DNA of 64,000 nt from Chrysomallon squamiferum (taxonomy: Eukaryota; Animalia; Mollusca): NCBI GenBank assembly GCA_012295275.1, contig CM022667.1, forward strand, positions 18,228,001 to 18,292,000, in the 5' to 3' direction. Both the position numbers and the translations under genes were made by a program. Positions 1 through 13,000 of the stretch are shown in pieces. The notes under the pieces were generated by a model that made no database searches, was not told the DNA's origin, and saw only the letters and a program-made list of their open reading frames with translations. Every line of letters starts with the position of its first letter. Within the stretch, counting starts at the first letter, position 1.

Positions 1-2255
1 ACGTTTGTAACATTATTTACTTTACTGCTGTTAAGGTTCTGATGTCACATGATATCTGAAACTATATTTTATAATCCAACAGTATGGAAACATTAGAAGG
101 AACTTATTAGAACATTTTTAGAATGTTCTGTCAGTGTAGTAGTAGTACATACATTTTTATTTTGCTTTAAGACTAATTACAATATAAAACTTACTAACTG
201 TCACCTGCATTGTAATATTGTAAAATGTGAAATTTAATAGAAGTAAATGCAGTATTAACTGTATTAATAACACAATATGTTCTTTCTTACACTTTTTTGT
301 TTTTCTTAATTAAAAGTAAAATATCATTATATTATAGTATATTTTACAAATAAAATTTCATCATATATTCTGTAAAAATATTTACCTATGTATAACAGTT
401 AAAGTCTTTTGGTAACCTAGCCCTATATGGTTACCTAGTCATTTGTCAATGACACCTTTAAACTAACTTTCTCAGGTTTTTGAGGACAAAGTATGTTACA
501 TAATACTTAACAATTGTTGTAAAAACACATTTATCTGAATAATACATCTGTTTGTCAAATTAAATCCATTTTGCAGATTCACAAATTGTTAGACAAAATA
601 TTTGTTGGAGCAAAAGTTCATAGAATTTAAGTGAAATTTAAAGACAGTATTTAGATATTTATACATAGATTTGTTCATCACATTTTGTTCACCTTTCAGA
701 ACAAGTGTGTATGTATATGTATATATATATATATACATTGTTAAATAGGTGGTGTCTAATCTTATATATATATGTATGATCAAATGCCACCTTTTCAAAA
801 ATGTTACAAAGTTTTGTTCAATGCACAAGTTACTGGGAAAAGTTTAATATCAAAAGAAGGTACCCACATTTGCAATTTTAATTTTATTTTCATTTTGGCC
901 ATTTACATTGATTTTCTAAAGTATCAATTTCACTGTTTTCGAAATATGTCCAGTTTTGTTTTACATCATCAGTATTTAATAGATGGATGCCATTGGTTTG
1001 TTAATAACATTTAAAAGTTTCTAACACTAATATTTTCTGTAGAAAACAATAGGAAAACAAAAGCAAAGTGTCTCCAGCCATGCTATATTTCTTTAATGAA
1101 CTTTGTTATTTTAGATAAAGTTTGTTACATAAGGAATTAAAATGAAATGAATGGCAGTAAATTACAAGATTTCTGCTGTGTATAATGTATACAATAAAAA
1201 AAAGACATGCTTGAGATAAAAACAGCTTTCTCCCATTTGTTTTAACAATGTGCTTTTGAATAGATTCAGCTTGGTCCCTTAGTTTAACTGGAACAGCTCA
1301 TAATTAATAAGTTTTATGGCTGTTTTTAAATTCAAGTCCATACTTCAGACCACAGCATGCATGTTGTCACATTTATTACATTTTGTATAATAAACTCTAT
1401 GTGCTCTATTTAACTGTTATATTCATGTATTATTGGGAGTGTTCTTTTTATACATTTTTATTTATTTATTATTTTGCTATTTAATTTATACGAAGTATAG
1501 TTGTTGTTTTTGTGTGCATTTTATCAATCTGAAGACTAACAATATAAAAATTCCAGACTGATCTGTTTCAAGGTCATAGAATGTATCTAACTGACACACA
1601 GACCATCTTCATCAGATTTCCTATATCAACTTAGTTTAGTAACCTTATCAAAAGAACAGCAAAGATAAATATTTAATAATCAGTCTGGTAAAAATAATAA
1701 TAATAACAATAATAATAATAATAAATACATGTTAATATTAAAGATTATGAGAATGATCAAGAATCACATTATAAGTAATCATCTGAAAAGTTTAACACAC
1801 ACACATTCACAGAAACAAAATACAACACTGATATTAGTAATACACACAAAAAAGTTAGAATCACAAGACTAAAAATTTATTAATAGTGGAAAAGATAAAT
1901 CATTCATTTGCAGAAATAGGTTTTGTCATACTTGAACATATTAAATTTCTTATTTTTTAAATATCAAACATAAGCTGTTTATTGAAAACAGTTAATTTAA
2001 AATAGTTTGTAAAACCATTAGACAAACTTAGTTTTGGGCTATCATTAAAGATAAATCATTTTATATTTTTTCTTTTTGTCGTAACTTTCACACTGTTATT
2101 TATTTTATCCATTTATGATTATTATTATCATTGGGGTGCAGAACAACAACAACAAAACACACACACAATAAACTTAAACAAAAATAAATGAAAAAAGTAA
2201 TGAAAATAAATTACAGAATTGTATAAATTACAGTTTTATATGTATATATGTATGT

Positions 2256-2256
<1 letters not shown>

Positions 2257-2296
<40 letters not shown>
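2257..2296. repeat. (CA)20 microsatellite
   Basis: Perfect dinucleotide run. Confidence 0.97.
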
Positions 2297-2300
<4 letters not shown>

Positions 2301-2667
2301 TGTACAGATACATGCATACATGAATAGAAAGAAAAAACTCACCAAAACAGAACAAATAAAATAAAATAAAAAAATAATAAAATAAAATGATAATAACAAA
2401 ACAAAGAAAATAAACTTAAAAAGCAAGGCATTAACTATTAAAAAAAATAAAGGTAAATTATAAAGGTTAGTCATGCAGCTTAATGTGCTAGAGTCAGGCA
2501 TGGATAAACTAAACATGCCTGTATTTCACCTGTTACATTATTAATTTTGTTGTCAACAGGTAGCTAAGCTCTCTGGTTACTAGCAGTTGACAGATCAGCT
2601 GGTAGCAGTGGGTATGAAGAGGTTGTGGTAAATGGATCAGCTCTGAATCGTTCAGGAATCTCTAACT

Positions 2668-5600
2668 ATGTGGTGCAGAAGAGTGCACAATTTAAAATGT
2701 CGCTGTCTGTTATTGGTAAAGCATTCTTTAGTCAAAAGACAGACTCGACTGTACACTGTAGTTCAGCCAGGTGATTTCAATGTGGTTCCAAAGCAGGCTC
2801 GAGTAGTTATTGGAGGTGGTGGTGTTATTGGAACATCTCTCGCCTATCATTTGGCTGAAAGAGGCTGGACTGATGTTGTACTTTTAGAACAAGGAAGGTT
2901 AGTGTTCATTTTTATATCACATTGTTTGGTAATGAAGTAATGTCTGTAATTTTAAAAATCAATATTATTTCAGTATTTTAATTGGTATATTTATTTTGTT
3001 TATAGAGTGCAGAAAATATAATATAAAATAAGTAAACATTTCATTTTCATTTCAGTCCTGGTCAATAAAAATTAAAACTGATTTTCAAACAGAAAAGATT
3101 CTAGTTACATCTAGGTAGTCTAAAATCCTAATATTTTAAAACAAAAATATAAATAAATAATAAATTCAAAACAAAAAATAAATGTATAAATGAAAATTTT
3201 TAAAAATTAATAATAGCAAAATAAAACAGTTCAGATTCTAAAAGTTCCATAAAACTATTAAATTGCACAGAGCTAATGTTTCATTAAAAACAGTTCTGTA
3301 TATTCTATAGATATTTTTATCTTTACCAGTCTGTCTAATTTAATTATGCAAAATTGTAAGTATTTAGATTTTTAAATATTTTAATAAAAACTATACCAAT
3401 TAAAAATATATGTATAAAAAAATATAAGAAAACAAAAAATAACATAAATAATTTAAGAAATTAAACAATTACAAAAAAAAAGAATTTTAAAAGTAAATAA
3501 ATAAATTTAAAAATTTAATAGAATAAAAATATATTATAATAAATTTATATAAAATCATCTTATCAAAACTGATCCAGTTTAAAAGAAAATAAATTGCATA
3601 TAATTTTAATTTTTTTTTTTTAAACTAATGTAAGTGAAATATGTTTTACAGCAAAGATAAAAATAAACTTATAAAGTAATTATTTTAGACTTACCTGTGG
3701 GACAACATGGCATGCAGCAGGTTTGGTTGGAACTGTTCGTGGAAGTGCAGCAGAATCAAAAATTTGTTCTTACAGTCGAGATTTGTACAAGAAACTTGAA
3801 GCTGATGGATATGGCATGGGTAAGAGGTTACAACAGTTTTGAAAATTTATTAATTGTATTTAATGTATAATATACAATATAGTTTTAATGTGATAGAACG
3901 TTGTTATTTTTTCTTCTGTTGATTAACAGTTTGGATGGTGTCTTCCCGACTGGTAGAATTCCCAGTTCGTATAATTCCCATTTCGTAGAAAAAACTTGTC
4001 TACCGCAATACCTGGTTACCTCTGTTTATAATGAACTTGGCCTGTACATACATCTGGTTTCTTTCTAACATTCAGAGGCGGAGCATATTGTTCCTAAATC
4101 AATTATGTAACATACACCGAAAGCAGAATAAGCATTCACTACTCATTTGTTGTAGATTTTTAGTTTTTCATTATGATCATCATCATCTTCATCCTTCTCA
4201 TTATCATCATCATAATCATCATCATCATCAACATTATTATTACTATAATATTATTTCTATTATTAGTGTTGTTGTTATTATTATTATTCATATTCTTCTT
4301 CTTCTTCTTCTTCTTCTTATTATTATTATTATTTAAGCTGGTCATTTCTAATTCATAAACATTTCCTTTCCGTTACAAAACCACCACCAATAATAAACAA
4401 TTTTACATCAATTTCATCTATCTGTTAAAATACAAAAAAAAAAAGAAAAAAAAAGTGGCACGATGTGTTTTTTGTTACTTCTCATGGCTTGCTTCTGTAA
4501 AAGAAAATGACAAAAATATTATAAATAACTAATTTTATTCAGCAATATAATTTAAAAAATACATTTGATATATATGAGTAATTCACTTATAATCAGTAAA
4601 TAGAATATGTGAACGTTACATTTATCATTAACTGTTTGAATTAAACCATATTCAGCTTAAACATGTTCAAGATATATGTTACTGAGCATATTTACGTTAT
4701 GCACACATACATATTCACATTGTGCACTTATTAAACAATATATGTGACATAGTACATTAATAGTATGTACACTAAAAATATTATGACCTGCAAATACTTT
4801 GGCTCTGACTGAAAAAGTTTATGTGAACGACCAAATCATCGGGAATACTTTTAGATAAATACCTTCTTTTTTAATTATTTACATTCACTACATTCGATAC
4901 ATAGATTATTTCAATGCTTTATGCGATAAGCGATATCCATACTACAATAATAGCTCATATTAAAGATGTAATTGGTTCCAAATTTCCGATAGTTAAGTGA
5001 GGTATCGTTTAGTGGGAGACTAATTTACATAGAATTAAGGTTAAAAGCAGTGGTTACTTTCTCGCTGATGAAATTTGACATAAAATGAAAAGGTGAAATA
5101 AGGAGAAATAAAACGACAGTTTAGACATAAATGATTTAATAGATTATAGATATTAAGTAAACAGTAAATCATTTACAAATCATTTATACAAATACATTAA
5201 GAAATAATTATATGTTAATTTTTGTTATAGGTTAATTTTTGTTAGTTTTGGTTTCATTTAAGATAATGTATTTTGTTTCTAAAGTTATTGTCTTCCATTT
5301 CTTTTTATCATCAGCATTTGCTGGTATACTGTTATTCGTTTTGACATACTGGAAGGGAAAATTACAAATGAGTTTAAGTCTAAATCGAAGCAGAAGAGAA
5401 AAGAGAATCAGAATATCAGATGGATGTATGACTGAGAGAAGCACGTGAATGAATGAAAAACAAACGAAAACGGACTGAAAAACATGCATTGTATCCATTT
5501 GTATCATTTATTTTGAGCAATTAACTATTAAATTTCTATTTATATAATTTGTAAAGAAAAAAGATCGTTAAAGTGGGATATCATTAAGCGAGATATTAAT

Positions 5601-8600
5601 AATAATCACTTTCCAAATAATCTGGAACAGTTCATTACAATGACTGAGGTAAAACCAAGCATGTAAGTAAGACCACTGAACCACATTTAGCCTTTCGACG
5701 AAATGGGAATTCTACCAGATGGGAGTAAGCCATTTGGATGTATGTATGTATAATATGGCTTTAATATGATACATGCTGACTTTTTATTTTAACTGTACAT
5801 TCACAGGTTGGAGAGAGTGTGGAAGTATCAGTGTGGCTCGAACGAAGGACAGAATGGTGGATTTCAAGAGAAAAGAAGCACTTGCTAGGTGTCACTCTCT
5901 TAATTAATTAGAAAATTAATTTGGTTTTATATATAAAAATGTTATATTTTAATTTTTTAATATTTTATAATAATTTTGTACAAATGAAAGAGAAAAGAAC
6001 ATGTTGCTACATAAATTTTATTTTGTTTTATTTTATGGTATTTTTTTACAAATGGCTGCTATAAAAGTAAATTTTTATCTGTTTGCTTTTCAGAGCACAT
6101 GGTGCAGATGCTTTTATTGTTAATCCATCAGAAATTCAAAAGTTGTCTCCCTTGATCAACACCGAAGATGTTTGTGTAAGTTAAACATTACAAACAAAAC
6201 CTTGCCACAACCTCAGTTTATGAAAGGATAAAAAGTATTATTCATAGGATAACATTAATCAAATGATGCTAAATTGTAAATCAAAAAAATAAATAATAAT
6301 AAAAATAAACAAAACAACATCCAAACCAATTTGAAATTTAATTAAAGATTGTGATGTTACTGAATTAAATCAAATGCACTAAAGAATATATGCTTATTGA
6401 TATTAATATTCTGCATGTATTAAATAATTTATCATCATTTTATTTATTTTTATACATTCTGAAAATACAGGGAGGTTTGTATATACCTGGTGATGGAAAA
6501 ATCACAGCCCCTGATGTTGCTATTGTATTGGCTGATTTAGCAAAACAGAAAGGTAAAAATGTGTGTGAGTGTGTGTTGGTGTGTATTGGATTGGGACAAA
6601 AGTTCATAGCATTTTTTAAGTTAAATTCAAAGATAGTATTTAGATATTAGTACATGGCTTTATTCAACCGTGTCCATATTGTTCACCACCTTTTGCCATC
6701 TTTTGGATTACATATTCACATATATATATATATATATATATCTAACTGATAACTCATTTTCAGAATCACTAGGATCTATGAACTCTTAATTTAAAAACAG
6801 AAAAATAATAACTTTGCTTTATGTGATTTATTTATTTATAGTTTTTTTTCATGATACTTACTTAAAATGATGTGTAATTTATCTTAAAATATAAATATTT
6901 TTAAGAAAGCATTTGAAGAAGATTTATTTTTAATTTTTCATTTGTCACTGTTCAGGAGTACAGGTTTTTGAAGGGGTGCAGATCAAGAGAGTGTTGACAA
7001 AAAACAAATCACCTCAGGTGTCAGGACTGGAGACATCACATGGATCTATGACTTGTGAATATTTTGTCAACTGTACAGGACAGGTTAATATTTTCACATT
7101 CTTAGCTTCATATATGACAGCTTACTAACATCAGCAGTGCCTGACAGAAATGCCTTTCAATTTGTTGTTGTGTTTTTTCTTTAAGTCAATTTCATGAAAT
7201 GGCACTCTCATATTGTTTAAACATGTATATTTATATATAATAATATAACTAATAATAATATAAAATAACTAATGCAGAAAATAATATTATGCTTTGAATA
7301 ATTTTTTTTTATATTTTCATAAATTACTTTTTATAATATTTATTATTCTTCTATATAAATTTTATTCAATTTATCTGATTTACATGAAAATTATATTTAA
7401 AATCTGATTTACTACACATTTGTTTGTAAAAGTAACAACTTTGGTTCTGTTTAGTGGGCAAGAGAACTTGGAAAACTGTCCAAGCCAAGAGTGCGGGTAC
7501 CTCTACATTCATGTGAACATTTTTATGTTGTAACAAAACCCATAGAAGGAATTGATACCATGCATCCAGGTAATGAACAAATATTTCTTTGAATGTCCTA
7601 CGAGTTAACAGATATAGTTAATTATGTACTTCATTATTTGTTTAGTAATAAGAATTTAATTGAATGAGGCTTAATGAAATATATCTAGTCTCACAATTTT
7701 TAAATTATTTCAGTCTATGTTTTTGAAATTTCAGCAAAAATAATGCCTTACTACTTATTTTCTAAGGAAATTGTACATCATTTGTCTAAAATATCTATTT
7801 TAGTTAATGAAAAAGTAAACGGTTTATCTGACCTCTGTATTTCCTAAGTAACAAATTAATATATACTCTACTGGTTTCATTAAACAAAACAAAAACAAAT
7901 TCAAAAAAAAAAAAAAAAAAATATTTAAACATTTTTAATGGAGAAAGACAGCAATATACATATTACAAATATTTCAGTTATACGTGACTATGATGGTATG
8001 GTATACATTCGTGAATGGAATGGTGGTCTGTTGGCGGGAGGCTTTGAGCCAGTCGCAAAACCAGTTTTTCATAGAGGCATTCCTGACAAATTTGAATTCC
8101 AGCTTCTGCCAGAAGATTGGGATCATTTTCGTATGTAATAATCAGTTCAATAAAATTTATTGTTATTATTATTTTGATTATTATGATTACTATTACTATT
8201 ATTACTTTTTTTTTTTTTTTTAATTTTGTATTATTTTGGGGTGTCAGCTAATTGGAAAAAAAAAATAAAAACAAGTAAAATAAAAAAAATAAAAATAGAA
8301 TAAATAAATATAACATAAAGGTATATAATTTCAAAGATTAGAATTGTTTTTCCAGAAATCCTTCTGGATGAAATATTACACAGATTTCCAATGATGCAAG
8401 ATGCTCAAGTACGTCAACTGATAAATGGACCAGAGAGTTTTACGCCAGATGGCAAAATAATCCTAGGAGAGTCAGCAGAGGTGAGAAAGACAAAGTATTT
8501 TTCTTGTTCTGGTGAGAAAACAAAAAGATATTTTTCTTATATCACCTTTATTATTCCCATTTGTGCTACAGACGACAACAATTTTAATAAATTTGTCAGA

Positions 8601-10048
8601 TTAAAATAGTTAAAAAATCAGATTCAATATATGTCGCATTAAATCAAAAACAAAGTGTCAAAAATAAGAAATTGCATTAGATTTAATTTACAGTGTTCTG
8701 ATACATTGCAAAACAGTTATGTTTTAATGACAAATCTTTAATGAACATGCATCATATCAGTTTTAATTATTATGAAAAATATGTGTGAAAGCTAATTGTA
8801 ATTTTTGAAATACAAAATTTAAATTGACACATTTCCATTCTAGATAGATAATTACTTTGTTGCTGCTGGAATGAATTCACATGGTATTGCAATGGCAGGA
8901 GGAGTAGGTAAATACATGGCAGAGTGGATTATAAATGGCCGACCAAGTATTGACCTATGGTCAGCTGACATCCGCAGATTTGTCAGTCTCCATAACAATA
9001 AACGTTTTCTTGGCGAGCGTGTGAAAGAAATTCTAGGTTAGTTTTTATTACATATGATTTTCTGTATAGCTGGTAATAAAATAAACAAATTCTTATAATA
9101 TGCTATCTAATAATGAAGGGGCTATTTTGATAAGTTATATTACAAAGATAAAATACAAACTGTCAATTACTTTATCCCATAAAGATTATGGGTATCACTG
9201 TCCTTTTATTAGTTGATTGAATAATAATACATTTTTAAAATAAAATTACTTTGATTACTATTATTTTTTTATTTGATTATTACACACACACAAATACAAA
9301 TATACATACACATACACTCACACACACATATGCACACATATAAATACTTAAACACACACAAACACAGGCACTCACATGCATCCAACTATAATGATCTTTG
9401 TCAGGACAACAGTATAGCGTGCCCTACCCAAGAAAGGAATATGTCACTGGAAGAAAGTTGAGAACATCACCACTTCATACCAGACTGGAAGGGTTTGGTG
9501 CCTACTTTGGAGAAACCATGGCCTATGAAAGAGCTATGTGGTTTACTTCACAGTCTGAAGGTATAATTATTTAACAGAATAATTACTTTTGGTTTTAATT
9601 TTACATTTTAAAATATGAATCTGCACAAGTCGTATTATAATAAGAATTGTAACAGAATGGTTAATTGTTACTAAATAAAATAAAAATCAGCGGAAATGTT
9701 TTTTTAATTTTTATTTTATTATAACAAACAAAATCATAGTTTTTATTAAATTCTGAGGTGTCAAACAATTAATAGATAGAAACTTATAAAACTGATGATC
9801 AACAGAACATTTTAAATAAGTTAATCTTTCTTTTGGGTTTAAAGATGAGAAGGCATATAAACCAACTTGGGGAAAACCAAGCTGGTTTGAATCAGTTCAG
9901 GAGGAGTACTGGGCCTGTAAAGAGAGAGTCTGTCTCATAGATATGTCATCTTTTGCAAAATTTGAAATAAAGGTATGTTATTATGAAAGGGTTTAAATAC
10001 ATTGTATAAACTTTTGTCAGGGTTATTGATTAGTTAAGTAATTTAAAA

Positions 10049-10099
<51 letters not shown>

Positions 10100-13000
10100 C
10101 TCTGTCTGCAAGACTTTTGAAATAAAGGTGCAACTTCATTTAATTTATTCAATGAATCTTTTATTTTTTTATTTAAAAATTTGTTCTGTATACATCTTGT
10201 TTGTCTGTGTATGTTTCCTGAACTGTGAAACTGCTGAAATCGTTTAAACCTGGCAGAAATTAGTTACCTGTAGCAATAAACTAATTTTATTTTTATTGCA
10301 GTCAACTGGACCAGGTGCCTTGAAGTACCTCCAGTATCTGTGTTCTAATGATATTGATCAAGAAATTGGGTCTGTTGTGCATACAGGAATGCAGAATGAA
10401 ACAGGAGGTTTTGAAAATGATTGCAGTATAGCTCGCCTGCAGGAGAACTAGTAAGTAATTGACAAATACCCCTCAAACTATCAATTTAACAGGTTTGATA
10501 AATTGCCTTTTAATGGATTCTTTCAGCTTTTTCATGATTTGTCCAGCCACTCAACAAACAAGAGCCTCATTCTGGCTAAGACATCATCTACCAGAAGATG
10601 GCTCAGTCCAGGTTCGTGATGTCACTTCAATGTACTCAGGAATCAATCTAATTGGACCACATGCTCAGCAGCTGCTCGGTGATGTCACTGACATTTCTAC
10701 AGACAGATCTGACTTCAAAGCCATGACATGTAAAGTGAGTTTATTCATTGAAATATTTGAAACGATAAATAAGACAGTTTTGTTTGACATCAAGATACTG
10801 TTGGTTAAATTAACATGAGTTAATTTAAAAATTTATAAAAAAAAAATAATGTATTAATCAATAAATAATCCTTTTCTGTTAAAATAATAAAAGTGAAAAA
10901 GATTAGGCTAAAAGGAATATTTTTTTAATCATAAAATATTGGTAGTGATGTTCACTATATAAAACATTAAGTTGGCGTTTCTGTATTTCAGGAGATAGAT
11001 GTTGGATGTGTTAGTGTTAGGTCACTGTTTCTGTATTTCAGGAGATAGATGTTGGAAGTGTTAGTGTTAGGTCACTGTTTCTGTATTTCAGGATATAGAT
11101 GTCGGATGTGTTAGTGTTAAATCACTGTTTCTGTATTTCGGGAGATAGATGTTGGATGTGTTAGTGTTAAGTCAGTGTTTCTGTATTTCGGGAGATAGAT
11201 GTTGGATGTGTTAGTGTTGAGTCATCATTTCTGTATTTCGGGAGATAGATGTTGGATGTGTTAGTGTTAAGTCATCATTTCTGTATTTCGGGAGATAGAT
11301 GTTGGATGTGTTAGTGTTAAGTCATCATTTCTGTATTTCGGGAGATAGATGTTGGATGTGTTAGTGTTAAGTCACTGTTTCTGTATTTCGGGAGATAGAT
11401 GTTGGAAGTGTTAGTGTTAAGTCACTGTTTCTGTATTTCAGGAGATAGATGTTGGAAGTGTTAGTGTGGAAGTGTTAGTGTTAAGTCAGTGTTTATGTAT
11501 TTCGGGAGATAGATGTTGGAAGTGTTAGTGTTAAGTCAGTGTTTCTGTATTTCAGGAGATAGATGTTGGAAGTGTTAGTGTTAAGTCAGTGTTTCTGTAT
11601 TTCAGGATACAGATGTTGGAAGTGTTAGTGTTAAGTCAGTGTTTATGTATTTCAGGAGATAGATGTTGGAAGTGTTAGTGTTAAGTCAGTGTTTCTGTAT
11701 TTCGGGAGATAGATGTTGGAAGTGTTAGTGTTAGGTCAGTGTTTCTGTATTTCGGGAGATAGATGTTGGATATGTTAGTGTTAAGTCATCATTTCTGTAT
11801 TTCGGGAGATAGATGTTGGAAGTGTTAGTGTTAAGTCACTGTTTCTGTATTTCGGGAGATAGATGTTGGAAGTGTTAGTGTTAAGTCAGTGTTTATGTAT
11901 TTCGGGAGATAGATGTTGGAAGTGTTAGTGTTAAGTCACTGTTTCTGTATTTCAGGATACAGATGTCGGATGTGTTAGTGTTAGGTCACTGTTTCTGTAT
12001 TTCGGGAGATAGATGTTGGAAGTGTTAGTGTTAAGTCAGTGTTTCTGTATTTCGGGAGATAGATGTTGGAAGTGTTAATGTTAAGTCAGTGTTTCTGAAT
12101 TTCAGGAGATAGATGTTGGATGTGCAAGTGGAATACGAGCAATGAGACTGACACACTCAGGAGAAGATGGCTTTATTCTGTACATTCCTTCAGAGGTTTC
12201 TTTTTTCTTTATTTTCTTGTTTTTCTTAATGTATTTTGATGTGAGTATTAATTTGATAAATTAAATTATAGTGATTTTTTATATAGTTTAATGCAGTTCT
12301 GTGAAAAGGAATGATTGTGATGATAAAGTGAAAATATGTCAGTTTACAGTATGATCAGACCACTATATTGTAATTTATTTTTAAAGTTAAAAATGAATTA
12401 AACTCACATAATTTTACATTTTATTAGTTAAATAGTCTACACTTTCAGGAATTCTTTTTTTAAGGAATGTATTTAAACTCTTACTTCATCTTTTTATCTT
12501 AATCTGTGAGTTTATTTACTCTTTCTGTTCCTTTTGAAAAATAATGTTTTATATTAAAACATTTGAATTGTTTCAGTATGCACTACACACCTACGACACA
12601 CTGATACATGCTGGCAAAGACTATGGAACACGAAATGCTGGATACTTTGCTATGAGACATTTAAGGATTGAAAAGTTTTTTGCATACTGGGGTCTTGATA
12701 TCAATATTGGTACAACCCCTATGGAGTGTGGAAGAGAGTTCAGAGTAAAATTAGATGTAAATATAAAATGATAGTTATATATAAATAAGTAGATTATGCG
12801 GCATTTTCTATGCAAAAGTATTTCAAGTTTAAACACAGAAGATGGTTATTATTAGTAAAAGGTGAAACATTGTGACATGTTATTGCATTTTGAACACACT
12901 AAATATGACCACAAACATATACATACATATGTATGTGAGATAAATTTTAATTTCAATTTGAGTAATGTAGTTTTAATTGTTAATGTAAATATAGATCATA

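Noticed and set aside
4031-4358. Poly-His/Ile/Leu/Asn/Lys ORFs
   Set aside because: Translations of trinucleotide microsatellites inside an intronic TE.
10977-12105. A-to-G variants in the array as a trace of A-to-I RNA editing copied back into DNA
   Set aside because: Other substitution types also occur among units and nothing indicates reverse transcription; slippage or conversion of two variants is enough.
10977-12124. CRISPR-like array
   Set aside because: Units are contiguous near-identical 50-mers with no unique spacers, there are no cas genes, and the context is a eukaryotic intron.
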